The notes beneath the pieces were generated by a model. The model made no database searches. It saw only the letters and a program-made list of their open reading frames with translations, and had not been told where the DNA came from. A DNA stretch of 63,976 bases, filler included. It is 6 parts of 6 records of this genome, joined end to end, with 100 filler letters (N's around TTAATTAATTAA, not from the genome) between each part and the next. Parts side by side here need not be neighbours in the genome. Positions count along the whole stretch, not along the records: positions 17,664 to 26,060 come from SRR20825010_4877; positions 26,161 to 45,199 come from SRR20825010_4879; 4 more parts are not named here. One strand, 5' to 3'. Numbering within the stretch: the stretch's first letter is position 1; each line of letters opens with the position of its first letter. The translations under genes and the position numbers were made by a program. Positions 20,985-31,023 of this stretch are shown one piece after another.

Positions 20985-22262
20985 ATGGCGGACTGCGCGA
21001 CACGGCGAGCCTTAAAGGTTTTCTGCGCCCTTACCGTCGGCCTGATGGTCTGGCTTTCAGCTGGCAGCGCCGAGGCGCGCTATGCCTCTTTCGTCATGGA
21101 TGCGGACAGTCTGGACGTTCTCTACGCCAAGAACGCCGACACGAGGAATTATCCCGCATCGCTGACGAAAATCATGACTCTCTACATGCTTTTCGACGCC
21201 ATGGAGCGTGGCAAGGTCACGCTGGAAACCAAAATGAAGGTTTCCAAACGTGCGGCCGGTCAGCCGCAAACCAATATCGGCCTGCGGTATGGCGACCGTA
21301 TCACCGTCAAGGACGCCATCCTGGCGCTGGTCACCCGCTCCGCGAACGACGTTGCCACCGTTATCGGCGAGCATCTGGAGAAGAGCGAGGTCAATTTCGC
21401 CGTGGCAATGACCAAGCGGGCACGCGAACTCGGTATGACCAAGACAAGTTTTCGGAATGCCTCCGGCCTGCCCAACCGCCGGCAGAAAAGCACCGCCCGC
21501 GACATGGCCAAGCTCGGTCTCCGCATCCAGCGCGACTTTCCGCAATATTACCACTTCTTCCAGACCAAAAAATTCACCTATAACGGCCGCACCTACGGTA
21601 ATCACAACAACCTGCTTGGCCGTTACTCGGGAACCGACGGCATCAAGACAGGCTATACCCGTGCGTCCGGCTTCAATCTCGTCTCCTCCGTTCACCAGAA
21701 TGGCAGGCATCTGATCGCCGTGGTGTTTGGCGGCCGAACCGCCAAATCCCGTGACCGGCACATGATCTCACTCCTCAATCGTGGCTTCAAAAAGGCGGAG
21801 TTGATTGCCCGCAACCGGTCGCCCGCACCGATCCCGGTCGCCCGGCCTGCCTTTGACGATAAAGGCACGATCCAGCTTGCCGCTGCACAGACAGCCATAA
21901 GCGACACCGCCGCCCTGCAGGCAGGCACGGACACCCTGCAAACCGAGGCGTCCCTGCAGCCCGCGCCCAGCGGCTCGGACCGCGACTGGGGTATCCAGGT
22001 TGGCGCTTATTCCAGCAAGGGTCCCGCCGAAGCGATGATCGGCACAGCCCGCACCTATCTGAAAGCAGCGCTGAAGGGATCGATTGATTCCGTTGAGCGC
22101 GTGACCCGTGACCACGGCACCGTCTACCGCTCCCGCATAACAGGCCTGAGCGAGGCCGGCGCCCGCAATGCCTGCGCCCTTCTGGCCCGCAAGCATGTGC
22201 CCTGTGTGCCCGTTCCGGGCAGCGAAGGCCTCGAAGTCGCCACCATCCCGGCTGGCGACTAA
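20985..22262 (+). CDS. D-alanyl-D-alanine carboxypeptidase (S11) with C-terminal SPOR domain
   Basis: PASLTK, SAND and KTG motifs; WGIQVGAY...YRSRITGL..A..AC SPOR domain; GGGGAG RBS before 20985. Confidence 0.92.
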   Translation: MADCATRRALKVFCALTVGLMVWLSAGSAEARYASFVMDADSLDVLYAKNADTRNYPASLTKIMTLYMLFDAMERGKVTLETKMKVSKRAAGQPQTNIGLRYGDRITVKDAILALVTRSANDVATVIGEHLEKSEVNFAVAMTKRARELGMTKTSFRNASGLPNRRQKSTARDMAKLGLRIQRDFPQYYHFFQTKKFTYNGRTYGNHNNLLGRYSGTDGIKTGYTRASGFNLVSSVHQNGRHLIAVVFGGRTAKSRDRHMISLLNRGFKKAELIARNRSPAPIPVARPAFDDKGTIQLAAAQTAISDTAALQAGTDTLQTEASLQPAPSGSDRDWGIQVGAYSSKGPAEAMIGTARTYLKAALKGSIDSVERVTRDHGTVYRSRITGLSEAGARNACALLARKHVPCVPVPGSEGLEVATIPAGD

Positions 22263-22301
22263 CCGGGCCTCTACCCGAACAACTCTTCAATACGCCACAT
22301 G

Positions 22302-22336
22302 CAAAGGCACCGCTCTTTTCAGGAGCGGTGCCTTTG
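22302..22336. terminator. Bidirectional terminator hairpin
   Basis: 14-bp stem CAAAGGCACCGCTC / GAGCGGTGCCTTTG between convergent genes. Confidence 0.8.
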
Positions 22337-22350
22337 TGTCGTTCAGGTTT

Positions 22351-22422
22351 TTAGGTCAGCAGCGCCAGCAATATGATGACCCATATCGGAACGCCAATCA
22401 GCCACAGAAGTATTGCTCTCAT
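22351..22422 (-). CDS. Small hydrophobic protein, 23 aa (MRAILLWLIGVPIWVIILLALLT)
   Basis: Translated by hand. AGGAGG RBS overlaps the stop of the upstream gene; single TM-like helix; ends just before the terminator. Confidence 0.7.
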   Translation of the reverse strand: MRAILLWLIGVPIWVIILLALLT

Positions 22423-22434
22423 GTCCTTGCCCTC

Positions 22435-23022
22435 CTAGGTCCAGCGACCGAAATGGGCAAAGACGCGCCCTTCGTCCCGGTGCTGTCCGCCAACACCGGC
22501 GGCCCAATAGGCTGCAGCCCCGGCGATCATCAGCGATGCCGCCAGCACGAAGGCGGAGATAATCGAGTATTTCCTTGCGGCTTCGCCCGTCACCTCTCCA
22601 GCCACGCTTGCGGCGGAGGCACTGGCCTGAACTGCCGGGTCCAGAAGGAAAACGCCGAGCAAAATGGCGGCACCCCACACTGCCAGGCCGTGAATACCGT
22701 CACGAACACTGACCTCATCGGCACTCGCCTTATCGATGCGCCGCCGCATACGGCCCGCGATATAGCCACCGGCCATGAAGCTTGAGATGGTGGTCCACAA
22801 CATCCACAGTCCGACTGCGACAAAGGCTGCGACTGCGGACCCGTCGCCGTCATAGGGTGACGACAGTGTGAGCCCGACGGCGCCACCGAATGTCGTGAAC
22901 ACAAACGCGATCCCCGAAGCAACAACTGCGCCGGCAAGGATCGACGACCAGTCGACATAATGTCCCTCATGAGCAAAAGCAGGAGCTGATGCCTGAGTGA
23001 GTGTTTCAGTCCGTTCTGTCAT
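22435..23022 (-). CDS. Multi-TM hypothetical membrane protein
   Basis: VDWSSILAGAVVA, GGYIAGRMR, RDGIHGLAVW and GGQHRD motifs; GGAAGG RBS; about 4 TM segments. Confidence 0.85.
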   Translation of the reverse strand: MTERTETLTQASAPAFAHEGHYVDWSSILAGAVVASGIAFVFTTFGGAVGLTLSSPYDGDGSAVAAFVAVGLWMLWTTISSFMAGGYIAGRMRRRIDKASADEVSVRDGIHGLAVWGAAILLGVFLLDPAVQASASAASVAGEVTGEAARKYSIISAFVLAASLMIAGAAAYWAAGVGGQHRDEGRVFAHFGRWT

Positions 23023-23055
23023 TTCTCTATCCTTCCGACAATTGTTACAGAGGTC

Positions 23056-23130
23056 TTATCCGAGACCCAGAAAGGACAGGATCGCCATGACGATGACGAC
23101 AAGACCGACAAGATAAATGATCCCATGCAT
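23056..23130 (-). CDS. Small hydrophobic protein, 24 aa (MHGIIYLVGLVVIVMAILSFLGLG)
   Basis: Translated by hand. GGAG RBS upstream; single TM-like helix; first gene after the EcfG-type promoter. Confidence 0.72.
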   Translation of the reverse strand: MHGIIYLVGLVVIVMAILSFLGLG

Positions 23131-23173
23131 TTTTATTCTCCAGTTTGGTCCGCTGTTTGCGCGATACAGAAGA

Positions 23174-23199
23174 AACGCTTGGAATGATCAGAAAGTTCC
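23174..23199 (-). promoter_or_regulatory. EcfG (sigmaT/RpoE2)-type general stress promoter
   Basis: Minus strand reads GGAAC-N17-CGTT, matching the alphaproteobacterial ECF15 consensus. Confidence 0.8.
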
Positions 23200-23398
23200 G
23201 GGGGGTGTGCCGGCAGAGAGGAGATAAACTCTGAAAAAGCCTGTGTCCTCTTGAGAGTCACGGGGTGAGATATTTTCGGAAGGCGATCCGCGTCACATGC
23301 CGGATGCTAGATGCCGGATGGCTATGCGTTATAATCGCAGGCTGAATCGCGGATATCCTGAAGTCGCCTTCAGCAAACCGGCCCCGGCGCCAAATTCC

Positions 23399-23878
23399 TT
23401 ATCGAATGGCGGGATCGGTTGTTCCCGCAACCCGAGCCAGGGCGTTCCGCGCAACAAGGACGTGAAACGGCATGATGGCCGCTAAATAAAGGCGGCCTCC
23501 AACATTGTGCGGATGCACCCAGGTGGCTAATGACACCCTGTCTTCTGCACTGAAGACCGAAATACGAAAATCAAGATGGCGGTCGTTGAAACCGGCGATC
23601 AGCTCCGAGCTGGTTTCCACTTCCACGGGGAACATCCCCATCTTGTCGGAAGCGTCCGGGCCATCGGCCGACAAACCGAACGGGCTGGTCAGGACCTTTC
23701 GCACAAGCAGCAAGGCCCGCGCCCATCCGGGGAAATCGACAATGATCTCAGCCGCCCGTCTTGGTGGCATCTTCGAGGTGACCGAGAAACAATCCAGAAA
23801 ATCGGATGGCGCGATACGCTCGTGAAGGCGACTTCCGGCAGGCAATGGAGAAGCTATGACCCTCGGAAGCGATCTCAT
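23399..23878 (-). CDS. DUF2867 family protein
   Basis: DFLDCF, PGWARALLLVR, GFNDRHLDFRISV and HNVGGRLYLAAIMPFH motifs. Start inferred at 23878. Confidence 0.85.
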   Translation of the reverse strand: MRSLPRVIASPLPAGSRLHERIAPSDFLDCFSVTSKMPPRRAAEIIVDFPGWARALLLVRKVLTSPFGLSADGPDASDKMGMFPVEVETSSELIAGFNDRHLDFRISVFSAEDRVSLATWVHPHNVGGRLYLAAIMPFHVLVARNALARVAGTTDPAIR

Positions 23879-23997
23879 CGCCTGAAGGGCCCGCACGTGG
23901 CCGAGACCGCATTCACTGCCATGCCACCTACCTTTGAGACCATTTCCCGATCCAGCAATTGAGTTGCGGGCTTCTCTGGCCGTGACTCCGGTCCTGC

Positions 23998-25380
23998 TCA
24001 GATATCCGGCGGGGTCTCGCCAACAGCCGTCAACGCATCCCTGAGCTGGCCTTTCAGCCGTTCCAGACCCGCCTCGGTCTGGGACTCGCAACGGGCCACC
24101 AGCACGTCCTGCGTGTTCGAGGCGCGCAGCAGCCACCAACCATCCGGCGTGTTGACCCGAACCCCGTCCGCGTCGGACACCTCGATGCCGGTCTGACCGG
24201 AGAGCCAGTCCTTGACCTCAACCACCACGTCGAACTTGCGGGTGTCGTCGCATTGGAAGCGCATTTCCGGCGTGTTCATGACCTGCGGCAGTGCATCCCG
24301 GATGGCCGACAGCGGCTCGTCCCGGTGGCTCAGCCCCTCGATCAGCCGGACAGCCGCGTAGAGCGCATCGTCGAAGCCGTAATAGCGGTCCTTGAAGAAG
24401 ATGTGACCGCTCATCTCACCGGCGAGCGGTGCGCCCGTCTCCGCCATCTTGGTCTTGATCAGGGAATGTCCGGTCCGCCACATCAAGGGCTGGCCGCCGA
24501 ATTCCGCGATCTTGTCGAACAGCACCTGACTTGCCTTTACATCGGCAATGATGGTTGCGCCCGGATTTTCCTTCAGCACGTCTTCGGCCAACACCGTCAA
24601 AAGCTGATCGCCCCAGAGTACCCGGCCCTTGTCGTCGATGACGCCAATACGGTCACCGTCCCCATCGAAGGCAATCCCGAGATCGGCACCGCGCTCCAGC
24701 ACCATGGCCACGAGATCCTCAAGGTTCTCGGGTACGGTCGGGTCCGGGTGATGGTTCGGGAAGGTTCCGTCGACTTCCGGGAACAACACCTTGTGGTTCG
24801 AAGGCAGCCGCATGCAGACTTCGTTGACCGACGGGCCGGCCGCACCGTTTCCGCAATCCCAGACAATCTTCAACTGACGGCCAAGGCTCACGTCCCGCAG
24901 CAGGCGGTTGACATAATCGTCAAGGATTTCGACATCCTCGACCGATCCCTCTCCGCTTTCAAAATCGTCTTCAGCCGCTATCCGGCCAAGGTCCTGGATG
25001 TCGGCACCGAAGAACGGCCCCTTGCCCAGCATCATCTTGAAGCCATTGTGGCTTGGCGGGTTATGCGAGCCGGTGATCATGATCCCGCCATCGGTCTCGA
25101 GGGCATGGACCGAATAATAGAGCATCGGTGTGGCAACGCCGCCGAGCCGGGTGACGGCAATCCCCGCCGCCATCAGCCCCTCGACCACCGCCGCTTCCAT
25201 CTCCGGCGAGCTCAGCCGTCCGTCCCGGCCGACAGACACCTTGGCGCCGCCAGTGCGGATCACCCGGGTACCGAAGGCCCGGCCAAGAGCCCGTGCATCG
25301 TCAGTGCTCAGGGTCTCGCCGACAACACCGCGAACGTCATATTCCCGGAGGATCGTCGGCAGGAACTGATGCGCACTCAT
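23998..25380 (-). CDS. Phosphomannomutase/phosphoglucomutase
   Basis: REYDVRG, TGSHNP, DGDGDR, GEMSGH and RASNT motifs. Confidence 0.95.
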   Translation of the reverse strand: MSAHQFLPTILREYDVRGVVGETLSTDDARALGRAFGTRVIRTGGAKVSVGRDGRLSSPEMEAAVVEGLMAAGIAVTRLGGVATPMLYYSVHALETDGGIMITGSHNPPSHNGFKMMLGKGPFFGADIQDLGRIAAEDDFESGEGSVEDVEILDDYVNRLLRDVSLGRQLKIVWDCGNGAAGPSVNEVCMRLPSNHKVLFPEVDGTFPNHHPDPTVPENLEDLVAMVLERGADLGIAFDGDGDRIGVIDDKGRVLWGDQLLTVLAEDVLKENPGATIIADVKASQVLFDKIAEFGGQPLMWRTGHSLIKTKMAETGAPLAGEMSGHIFFKDRYYGFDDALYAAVRLIEGLSHRDEPLSAIRDALPQVMNTPEMRFQCDDTRKFDVVVEVKDWLSGQTGIEVSDADGVRVNTPDGWWLLRASNTQDVLVARCESQTEAGLERLKGQLRDALTAVGETPPDI

Positions 25381-26060
25381 GCCGACACCTTCGCATCGAC
25401 TGTGCTGCGTCCAACGCAGACATATGTGAAGCCGGCCTCGGCCATATCTTCCGGATTATAAACGTTGCGCAGATCGACCATCAGCGGCTCCTTGAGCAAT
25501 CCCTTGACGCGCTTCAGATCGAGCGCGCGGAACTCGTTCCACTCGGTGATGAGCACAACCACATCGGCTCCATCGATCGGCGCATAGGCATTGTCGCACA
25601 TCTCGACATCGGGAAGCATCTGACGTGCTTCCTTCATGCCTTCGGGATCGTAAGCCTTCACCTTGGCACCGGCGGCCTGCAGGGCCGGCAAAATGTCTAG
25701 GCTCGGGCTGTCCCGCATATCGTCCGTGTTCGGCTTGAAGGTCAGGCCAAGGACTGCAACGGTCTTGCCGGCGACGGAACCGCCACAGGCCTGAATGACC
25801 TTGTCCGCCATCTGCTTCTTGCGCTTGTCGTTGATGTCGACAACCGTCTCGACGATCCGCAACGGCGCCTTGTAATCCTGCGCAGTCTTGACCAGCGCCA
25901 GCGTGTCCTTCGGGAAGCAGGAGCCGCCGTAACCGGGGCCAGGGTGCAGAAACTTGCGGCCGATCCGGCCATCGAGACCAATACCGCGCGACACGTCATG
26001 CACATCGGCGCCGACCTGCTCGCACAGATCGGCAATTTCATTGATGAAGGTGATCTTGGT
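25377..26060 (-). CDS. ugd: UDP-glucose 6-dehydrogenase (5'-truncated)
   Basis: [17 protein letters not shown] and [12 protein letters not shown] motifs; 4-bp overlap with pmm/pgm. Confidence 0.95.
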   Translation of the reverse strand, partial: TKITFINEIADLCEQVGADVHDVSRGIGLDGRIGRKFLHPGPGYGGSCFPKDTLALVKTAQDYKAPLRIVETVVDINDKRKKQMADKVIQACGGSVAGKTVAVLGLTFKPNTDDMRDSPSLDILPALQAAGAKVKAYDPEGMKEARQMLPDVEMCDNAYAPIDGADVVVLITEWNEFRALDLKRVKGLLKEPLMVDLRNVYNPEDMAEAGFTYVCVGRSTVDAKVSA

Positions 26061-26160
26061 NNNNNNNNNNNNNNNNNNNNNNNNNNNNNNNNNNNNNNNN
26101 NNNNTTAATTAATTAANNNNNNNNNNNNNNNNNNNNNNNNNNNNNNNNNNNNNNNNNNNN
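26061..26160. other. Artificial contig spacer
   Basis: N44-TTAATTAATTAA-N44. Confidence 0.99.
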
Positions 26161-28381
26161 TTACATCGAATTCAATGGTAAAATCACCTGTTTGCTCGGT
26201 GATAGCTGTATTGGTCCACTGATTGTTATTAGGCAATGTGATACAAGTAGGCGGTTCATTGTCTACTGTCACATTGATTGATGACGATGTAGTAGTCAGA
26301 CCTGCTGCATCTCGTGCCACAGCAGTTAGCGTGTAACTTCCATTACTGGCAGACAGAGTATTCCAGCAAACCGAATATGGGAAAGAAGTATCTTCTGCTC
26401 CCAAATTCTCACCATCTAACTTGAACTGGACCCCAATCAAATCTCCATTGCTATCACTCGCTAATGCAGTTACTGTTACCATTTCAGTCAGTGTTGCATT
26501 ATTTGATGGAGAAGTGATAGAAACTGATGGCGCATAATCTACCACATTATCTACCACCACAGTTATATTTGATGAATACCCAAGGTTCCCATTATCATCA
26601 CGTGCGATGGCCTGAAGGACATGTGATCCTTCGCTTGCGGAAGTGGTATTCCAGCTTACTGAATATGGAGAGCTTGTGTCCTCAGAACCCAGGTCATTTC
26701 CATCCAATTTGAATTGTACTCCAGCCAGGTCATTGTCTGTATCAGATGCACTTGCAGTGACGGTTATTGTACCATCAACCTCATCATTGTTGCTATGGCT
26801 GGTAATCGAAACTGTAGGTATTGCTCCGTTTCCACTAGGTGCCAATGCTCCTGCCCAACTTTGGTAAAAGGTATCGGAGTTATTGTAACCGTACCCTGTG
26901 TGACTCCCAAAATGAATCCCTGCTGTCAGGTTATAGTGAGGTGAGCTTGTGGTAGGAACGGCATTGGGGATAACCAGTGTTTCCGGTCCTGTGAACATCC
27001 CAATGGTAAACGTATAATTGGTTTGCTGAGCATCCGAAGCAGAATTATAACTAATTGAATTTGAGCCTTCATAGGAAAGATCTGTAGTATTGTAAAACGC
27101 ATTGTAATCAGCAATGGCTCCATTCGGAGAATCGTTCAACACTCCACCCCCATCAATGATCACATTACCCACAATACGGGTATCCTCCGCCCTTGAGTCC
27201 ATCCAATGCTGGTCACCGCCACTGGCGATCACTTCAACGACTGTGTTAAGGTAGATGTCGTGGTTATGCTCAGTAATTTTGGCTAGCCAAAAGGCAAAAC
27301 GCTCCGCTTTGTACATTACGTTTTTACGGATCGTATAGTGATCTGTCAAAAAGCCACCTTTCGTATTGAATGGGATGCGGCACTCATAGAAAATATTGTT
27401 TTCTATCAGCGCATAGCTTTTATCTCCCGTGGAGTTGCTATGGTCAATCGCTCCCTGATCACTGTTGGGGCTGGTACCACCAGCAGTCTTACTTAAATTT
27501 CTGAAACGGTTGTTGGCAATCAGCAAATGCTCTCCTGTTCCAGAAGTCCCGGCATCCTTGAGGTCAATGCCATTTTCATGTGGGATTGCGCTTACGCTAC
27601 CGGGGGCATACTTGGAGGGATCGATGTAGATATCATTATCATAAATGACTGTGCCTGTAAATCCTATGGGACCATCTGCCTGGTCACCCAACTGAATACC
27701 ATCTCCGGCAAAATTATAGATCTCATTGTGCACAATCCGATTATAATGACCTAATGAGACTTTTATTGCATGGTTGTCATTCCCCGATGAAATCTGGGTG
27801 TTACGCACCACACAATGTTGGATCACTCCGTAGTTACATGGTCCTTTTCCACCACCATGTCCTCCAACAGCTATTTGACCGGCTCCACCACCGCCAAACT
27901 CGAACAAGCACCTGTTGAGTACCTGATAATCATTGACCATATAAATATTGGGGTTTCTGGTGGGTTCGTCACCTATCGCTCTGATCCTGTCCAGGCGCCA
28001 ATAGGCTCCCTCTACATTTAATCGGCCAAAAGTGACATAGTCAGAAGGATCCATATCCACTGGGTGTGTGGTATAGTCTGTGGGATTGTTGGGGTCATAA
28101 TAGATCAGCCATCGTGGATTGCTGGATGTGCCATCTCCTGTCAAAGCTGTGGTTCCCAGGCTGGTATAATCACCCGGTTGAATAAAGAAAATGCGCTTGT
28201 TGGTGTCACCCATCACCGAGCTGAAATTAGCTGCGGAGGTGATCATCCCCATTTCACTATTGTTGGAATTGTAAACGGGAATCGTGAGAGATTCCTCGTA
28301 AGGCCCCTGGGCGGAACTCTTGTAAATGGATGCCAATACGAATAGGCATATAAGTAGTACTTTTTTAATCATTTTTTTCAT
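26161..28381 (-). CDS. Secreted beta-helix + Ig-like repeat protein, paralog A (3'-truncated)
   Basis: Signal peptide, parallel beta-helix-like repeats and two GVQFKLDG..PYS.WNT Ig repeats; co-linear with 33581-37474. Confidence 0.85.
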
Positions 28382-28575
28382 CGCTTTTTGGGTTAGTTGA
28401 GAGAGTTATTATTTCATTTTTCCATAAGTCAATAGTTTTGAGTTTAAAATTATTTTTGACCTGAACCGTTTTGCATTAATGCCAAACAACCTGAGTTGTC
28501 CGAGTTGATCGATCGAATTTAACAGTTCGTACATATAGAGGGCAGCTTCACTTTTTTCTACTCAAAAGAATTTTA

Positions 28576-28612
28576 GTTCTTCTTTATTACATTATATGTA
28601 ATAAAGAAGAAC
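28576..28612. repeat. Perfect 17-bp inverted repeat with 3-nt loop
   Basis: GTTCTTCTTTATTACAT-tat-ATGTAATAAAGAAGAAC in a divergent intergenic region. Confidence 0.9.
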
Positions 28613-28721
28613 ATTGGATAAGAACAGGCCGAAATTCTCTAAAAAGGGGACTTAGTCGCGAACTATCTTAAGAAGTCATAACTGAATTTTTTTCGATGAC
28701 TTTTTGAGTAGATAGAACCGC

Positions 28722-28755
28722 TTTGATCCTCTTTCAACAGCAGTACTTAAGTTTG
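28722..28755 (+). promoter_or_regulatory. Putative Bacteroidota housekeeping promoter
   Basis: TTTG (28722) and TAAGTTTG (28748-28755) match the -33/-7 consensus; the 22-nt spacer is slightly long. Confidence 0.45.
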
Positions 28756-28820
28756 GTCGCATTTTTTTCAACCAGTGCTCCAATGAATTTTAGAATCGCA
28801 CTTTTAGCTAGAAAATAATA

Positions 28821-30218
28821 ATGGGAAACATGAAAAGAAGAGACTTCAATTTAAAGTTGGCGATGGGATCAATTGGAGCCACGGCAATGGCCTCCGGTTG
28901 TAGACCAAGAAGTAAACCCAAATCCAATACATCTAATGAAGATGGTTTTCAGGTTACCGAGGAATTAAGTCAACGGATGCACGCCAAAGCACTGGAAATC
29001 ACAACTAGTAAAGTACGTGGAGGGGACAGTGAACCGTTTTTCAAAAAGCCATTTGTGGATGCAGCTTATTCGGACAACATATTTCTTTGGGACACTTGTT
29101 TTATTGTCTGTTTTGCAAAATACCATTTGGATACGCTACCTGTTTATCAAGCGCTTGATAATTTTTACGGTGTTATGGATGAGGATGGGTACATAAGCAA
29201 AGAGTATCGTAAAGATGGTGGCACACGTTGGCCAAAAGACCACCCCGTCTCGATCAATCCTCCACTACTGGCTTTTGCCGAAACGGAGCTTTACGCGATT
29301 AAAAAAGACAAAGATCGGTTAAGGAAAGCTTATCCTTTTTTGAAGAAGAATTTTGAATACATCGTGAATCACTACCAGGGAGAAGATAAGCTGTTTTGGG
29401 GTGATACCCTGGGCATGGGAATGGATAATATTCCACGATTTCCACCTGGATGGACGACCGATAAAGGAAATGGATTGACCCATAAAGAGTTAGATGAAAA
29501 GATGGACAAAATGGGTATTGCCACGAGAGCAGAAAGATCAAAATACTTCACCGGAGAATATATCTACACGCATCAGGGAGTATGGAACGAACAAGGCAGA
29601 TTGGTAGATTTAACCGCACAGATGGCTTTATATGCACTGCGCCTGAAATCAATCGCGCAGGAAATTGGGGAGACTACACATATTCCCACTTACGATTCAT
29701 TTCACAGGGAGGTAAAAGAAGCACTTAACCAAAAGTGTTGGAATGATGAAGATGCATACTATTATGATTTGGGCTATGGAAAGCAGATAGCGCGTAAACA
29801 CATCGGCTCGTACTGGACTCTTTTAGGGAAACTGGTGCCCGAAAATAAACTTGACGCATTTTTAGCACACCTGACCAATCCCAATGAATTTTACCGTAAA
29901 ACACCTTTGCCAGCACTTTCGGCTGATGACCCTGATTACAGAGGGTGGGGCAACTATTGGAGAGGTGGCGTTTGGGCTCCAACATCCTATATGGTACTGA
30001 AAGGACTGACTGCAAATGGAAAGGATGAACTGGCGCTGGATCTGGCCAAAAAAACCTACTCAGCCGTAGCGGAGGTGTTTGAAGCGACAGGCACGTTCTG
30101 GGAAAACTACGCTCCTGATTTAATTTCATACGGAATGCCGGCCAAGAAGGACTTTTGTGGTTGGACGGGATTGGTACCCATTTCAATTTATAAGGAATAC
30201 ATTGAAACGACTAAATAA
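28821..30218 (+). CDS. Tat-exported (alpha/alpha)6 glycoside hydrolase (GH63/MGH1/trehalase-like)
   Basis: MKRRDF twin-arginine signal; FLWDTCF, NPPLLA, GMDN.PR, YWRGGVWAPT, FWENYAP and DFCGWTG motifs. Confidence 0.85.
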   Translation: MGNMKRRDFNLKLAMGSIGATAMASGCRPRSKPKSNTSNEDGFQVTEELSQRMHAKALEITTSKVRGGDSEPFFKKPFVDAAYSDNIFLWDTCFIVCFAKYHLDTLPVYQALDNFYGVMDEDGYISKEYRKDGGTRWPKDHPVSINPPLLAFAETELYAIKKDKDRLRKAYPFLKKNFEYIVNHYQGEDKLFWGDTLGMGMDNIPRFPPGWTTDKGNGLTHKELDEKMDKMGIATRAERSKYFTGEYIYTHQGVWNEQGRLVDLTAQMALYALRLKSIAQEIGETTHIPTYDSFHREVKEALNQKCWNDEDAYYYDLGYGKQIARKHIGSYWTLLGKLVPENKLDAFLAHLTNPNEFYRKTPLPALSADDPDYRGWGNYWRGGVWAPTSYMVLKGLTANGKDELALDLAKKTYSAVAEVFEATGTFWENYAPDLISYGMPAKKDFCGWTGLVPISIYKEYIETTK

Positions 30219-30322
30219 CCGGATAAGTCCGTTAATTCAACCAAAGAAATTTTAAACTTGTTTATCAGCGTTACGCATTTGAGAGTATCTACTAATAACT
30301 CCAGCGTTTGATTTTGACTAAT

Positions 30323-31015
30323 ATGAAATTGAGAATTGTACTATTTACAGCAGTCTGCATGATTGGTATTTACCTGAGCCACTCACTGCCTTACCTGAAT
30401 CGAAGTGTGTTACCTGAAAACTCCGACAATTCAGGTGTTGATTGGATCGTCGCTGATTTCCTTCAGAAAGATTCAATTGGTGTGCAAATGAACGGTTCAC
30501 CGAAAATTGCAGCATCTCCCTATGGCCAATCGGTTGCGTTTGATGGTGTGGATGATGCGATTTTCATAGAGAACATGCCGCTCGATTCATTGGAATCATT
30601 CACCATTGAGATGGTCTTTTACCCCGAAAAAGAGGGCCCCTTCGAACAACGAGTAGTGCACATTGGTGAAGTGTTTGACGATCGCATGCTCCTCGAGATC
30701 AGGGCTGTGGACGATCAGTGGTATTTTGATGGGTTTGTTTCTTCTGCCGGTAATAACAAGGCTTTGATTGACGAGAACCTTACCCACCCCTTGGCTCAAT
30801 GGTACCATGTGGCGCTTGTTGTTTCTCCGAATGCGCTTGACACTTACGTGAATGGCTCGCACGAACTCCACGCACCATTTGAGTTTAATGGCATCCAAAC
30901 CGGAATGAGTTCAATCGGTGTTCGGCTCAATGAAATTTCCTGGTTTAAAGGAATCATACACAGAATCAGAATAACCCCTGGACAGCTGGATCCGGCTGAG
31001 TTCATTAAAATTTAA
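30323..31015 (+). CDS. LamG/concanavalin A-like domain protein
   Basis: FDGVDD, FTIE, QWYHVALV..YVNG and WFKGII motifs; N-terminal signal. Confidence 0.82.
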   Translation: MKLRIVLFTAVCMIGIYLSHSLPYLNRSVLPENSDNSGVDWIVADFLQKDSIGVQMNGSPKIAASPYGQSVAFDGVDDAIFIENMPLDSLESFTIEMVFYPEKEGPFEQRVVHIGEVFDDRMLLEIRAVDDQWYFDGFVSSAGNNKALIDENLTHPLAQWYHVALVVSPNALDTYVNGSHELHAPFEFNGIQTGMSSIGVRLNEISWFKGIIHRIRITPGQLDPAEFIKI

Positions 31016-31023
31016 ACTGAAGG

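Noticed and set aside
23879-24139. Extended N-terminus of the DUF2867 ORF
   Set aside because: It overlaps the 3' end of pmm/pgm and has no family similarity.
10504-25461. Long antisense ORFs (10504-11577, 18254-19357, 24253-25461 and similar)
   Set aside because: They are shadows of well-supported genes in GC-rich DNA and carry no recognisable motifs.
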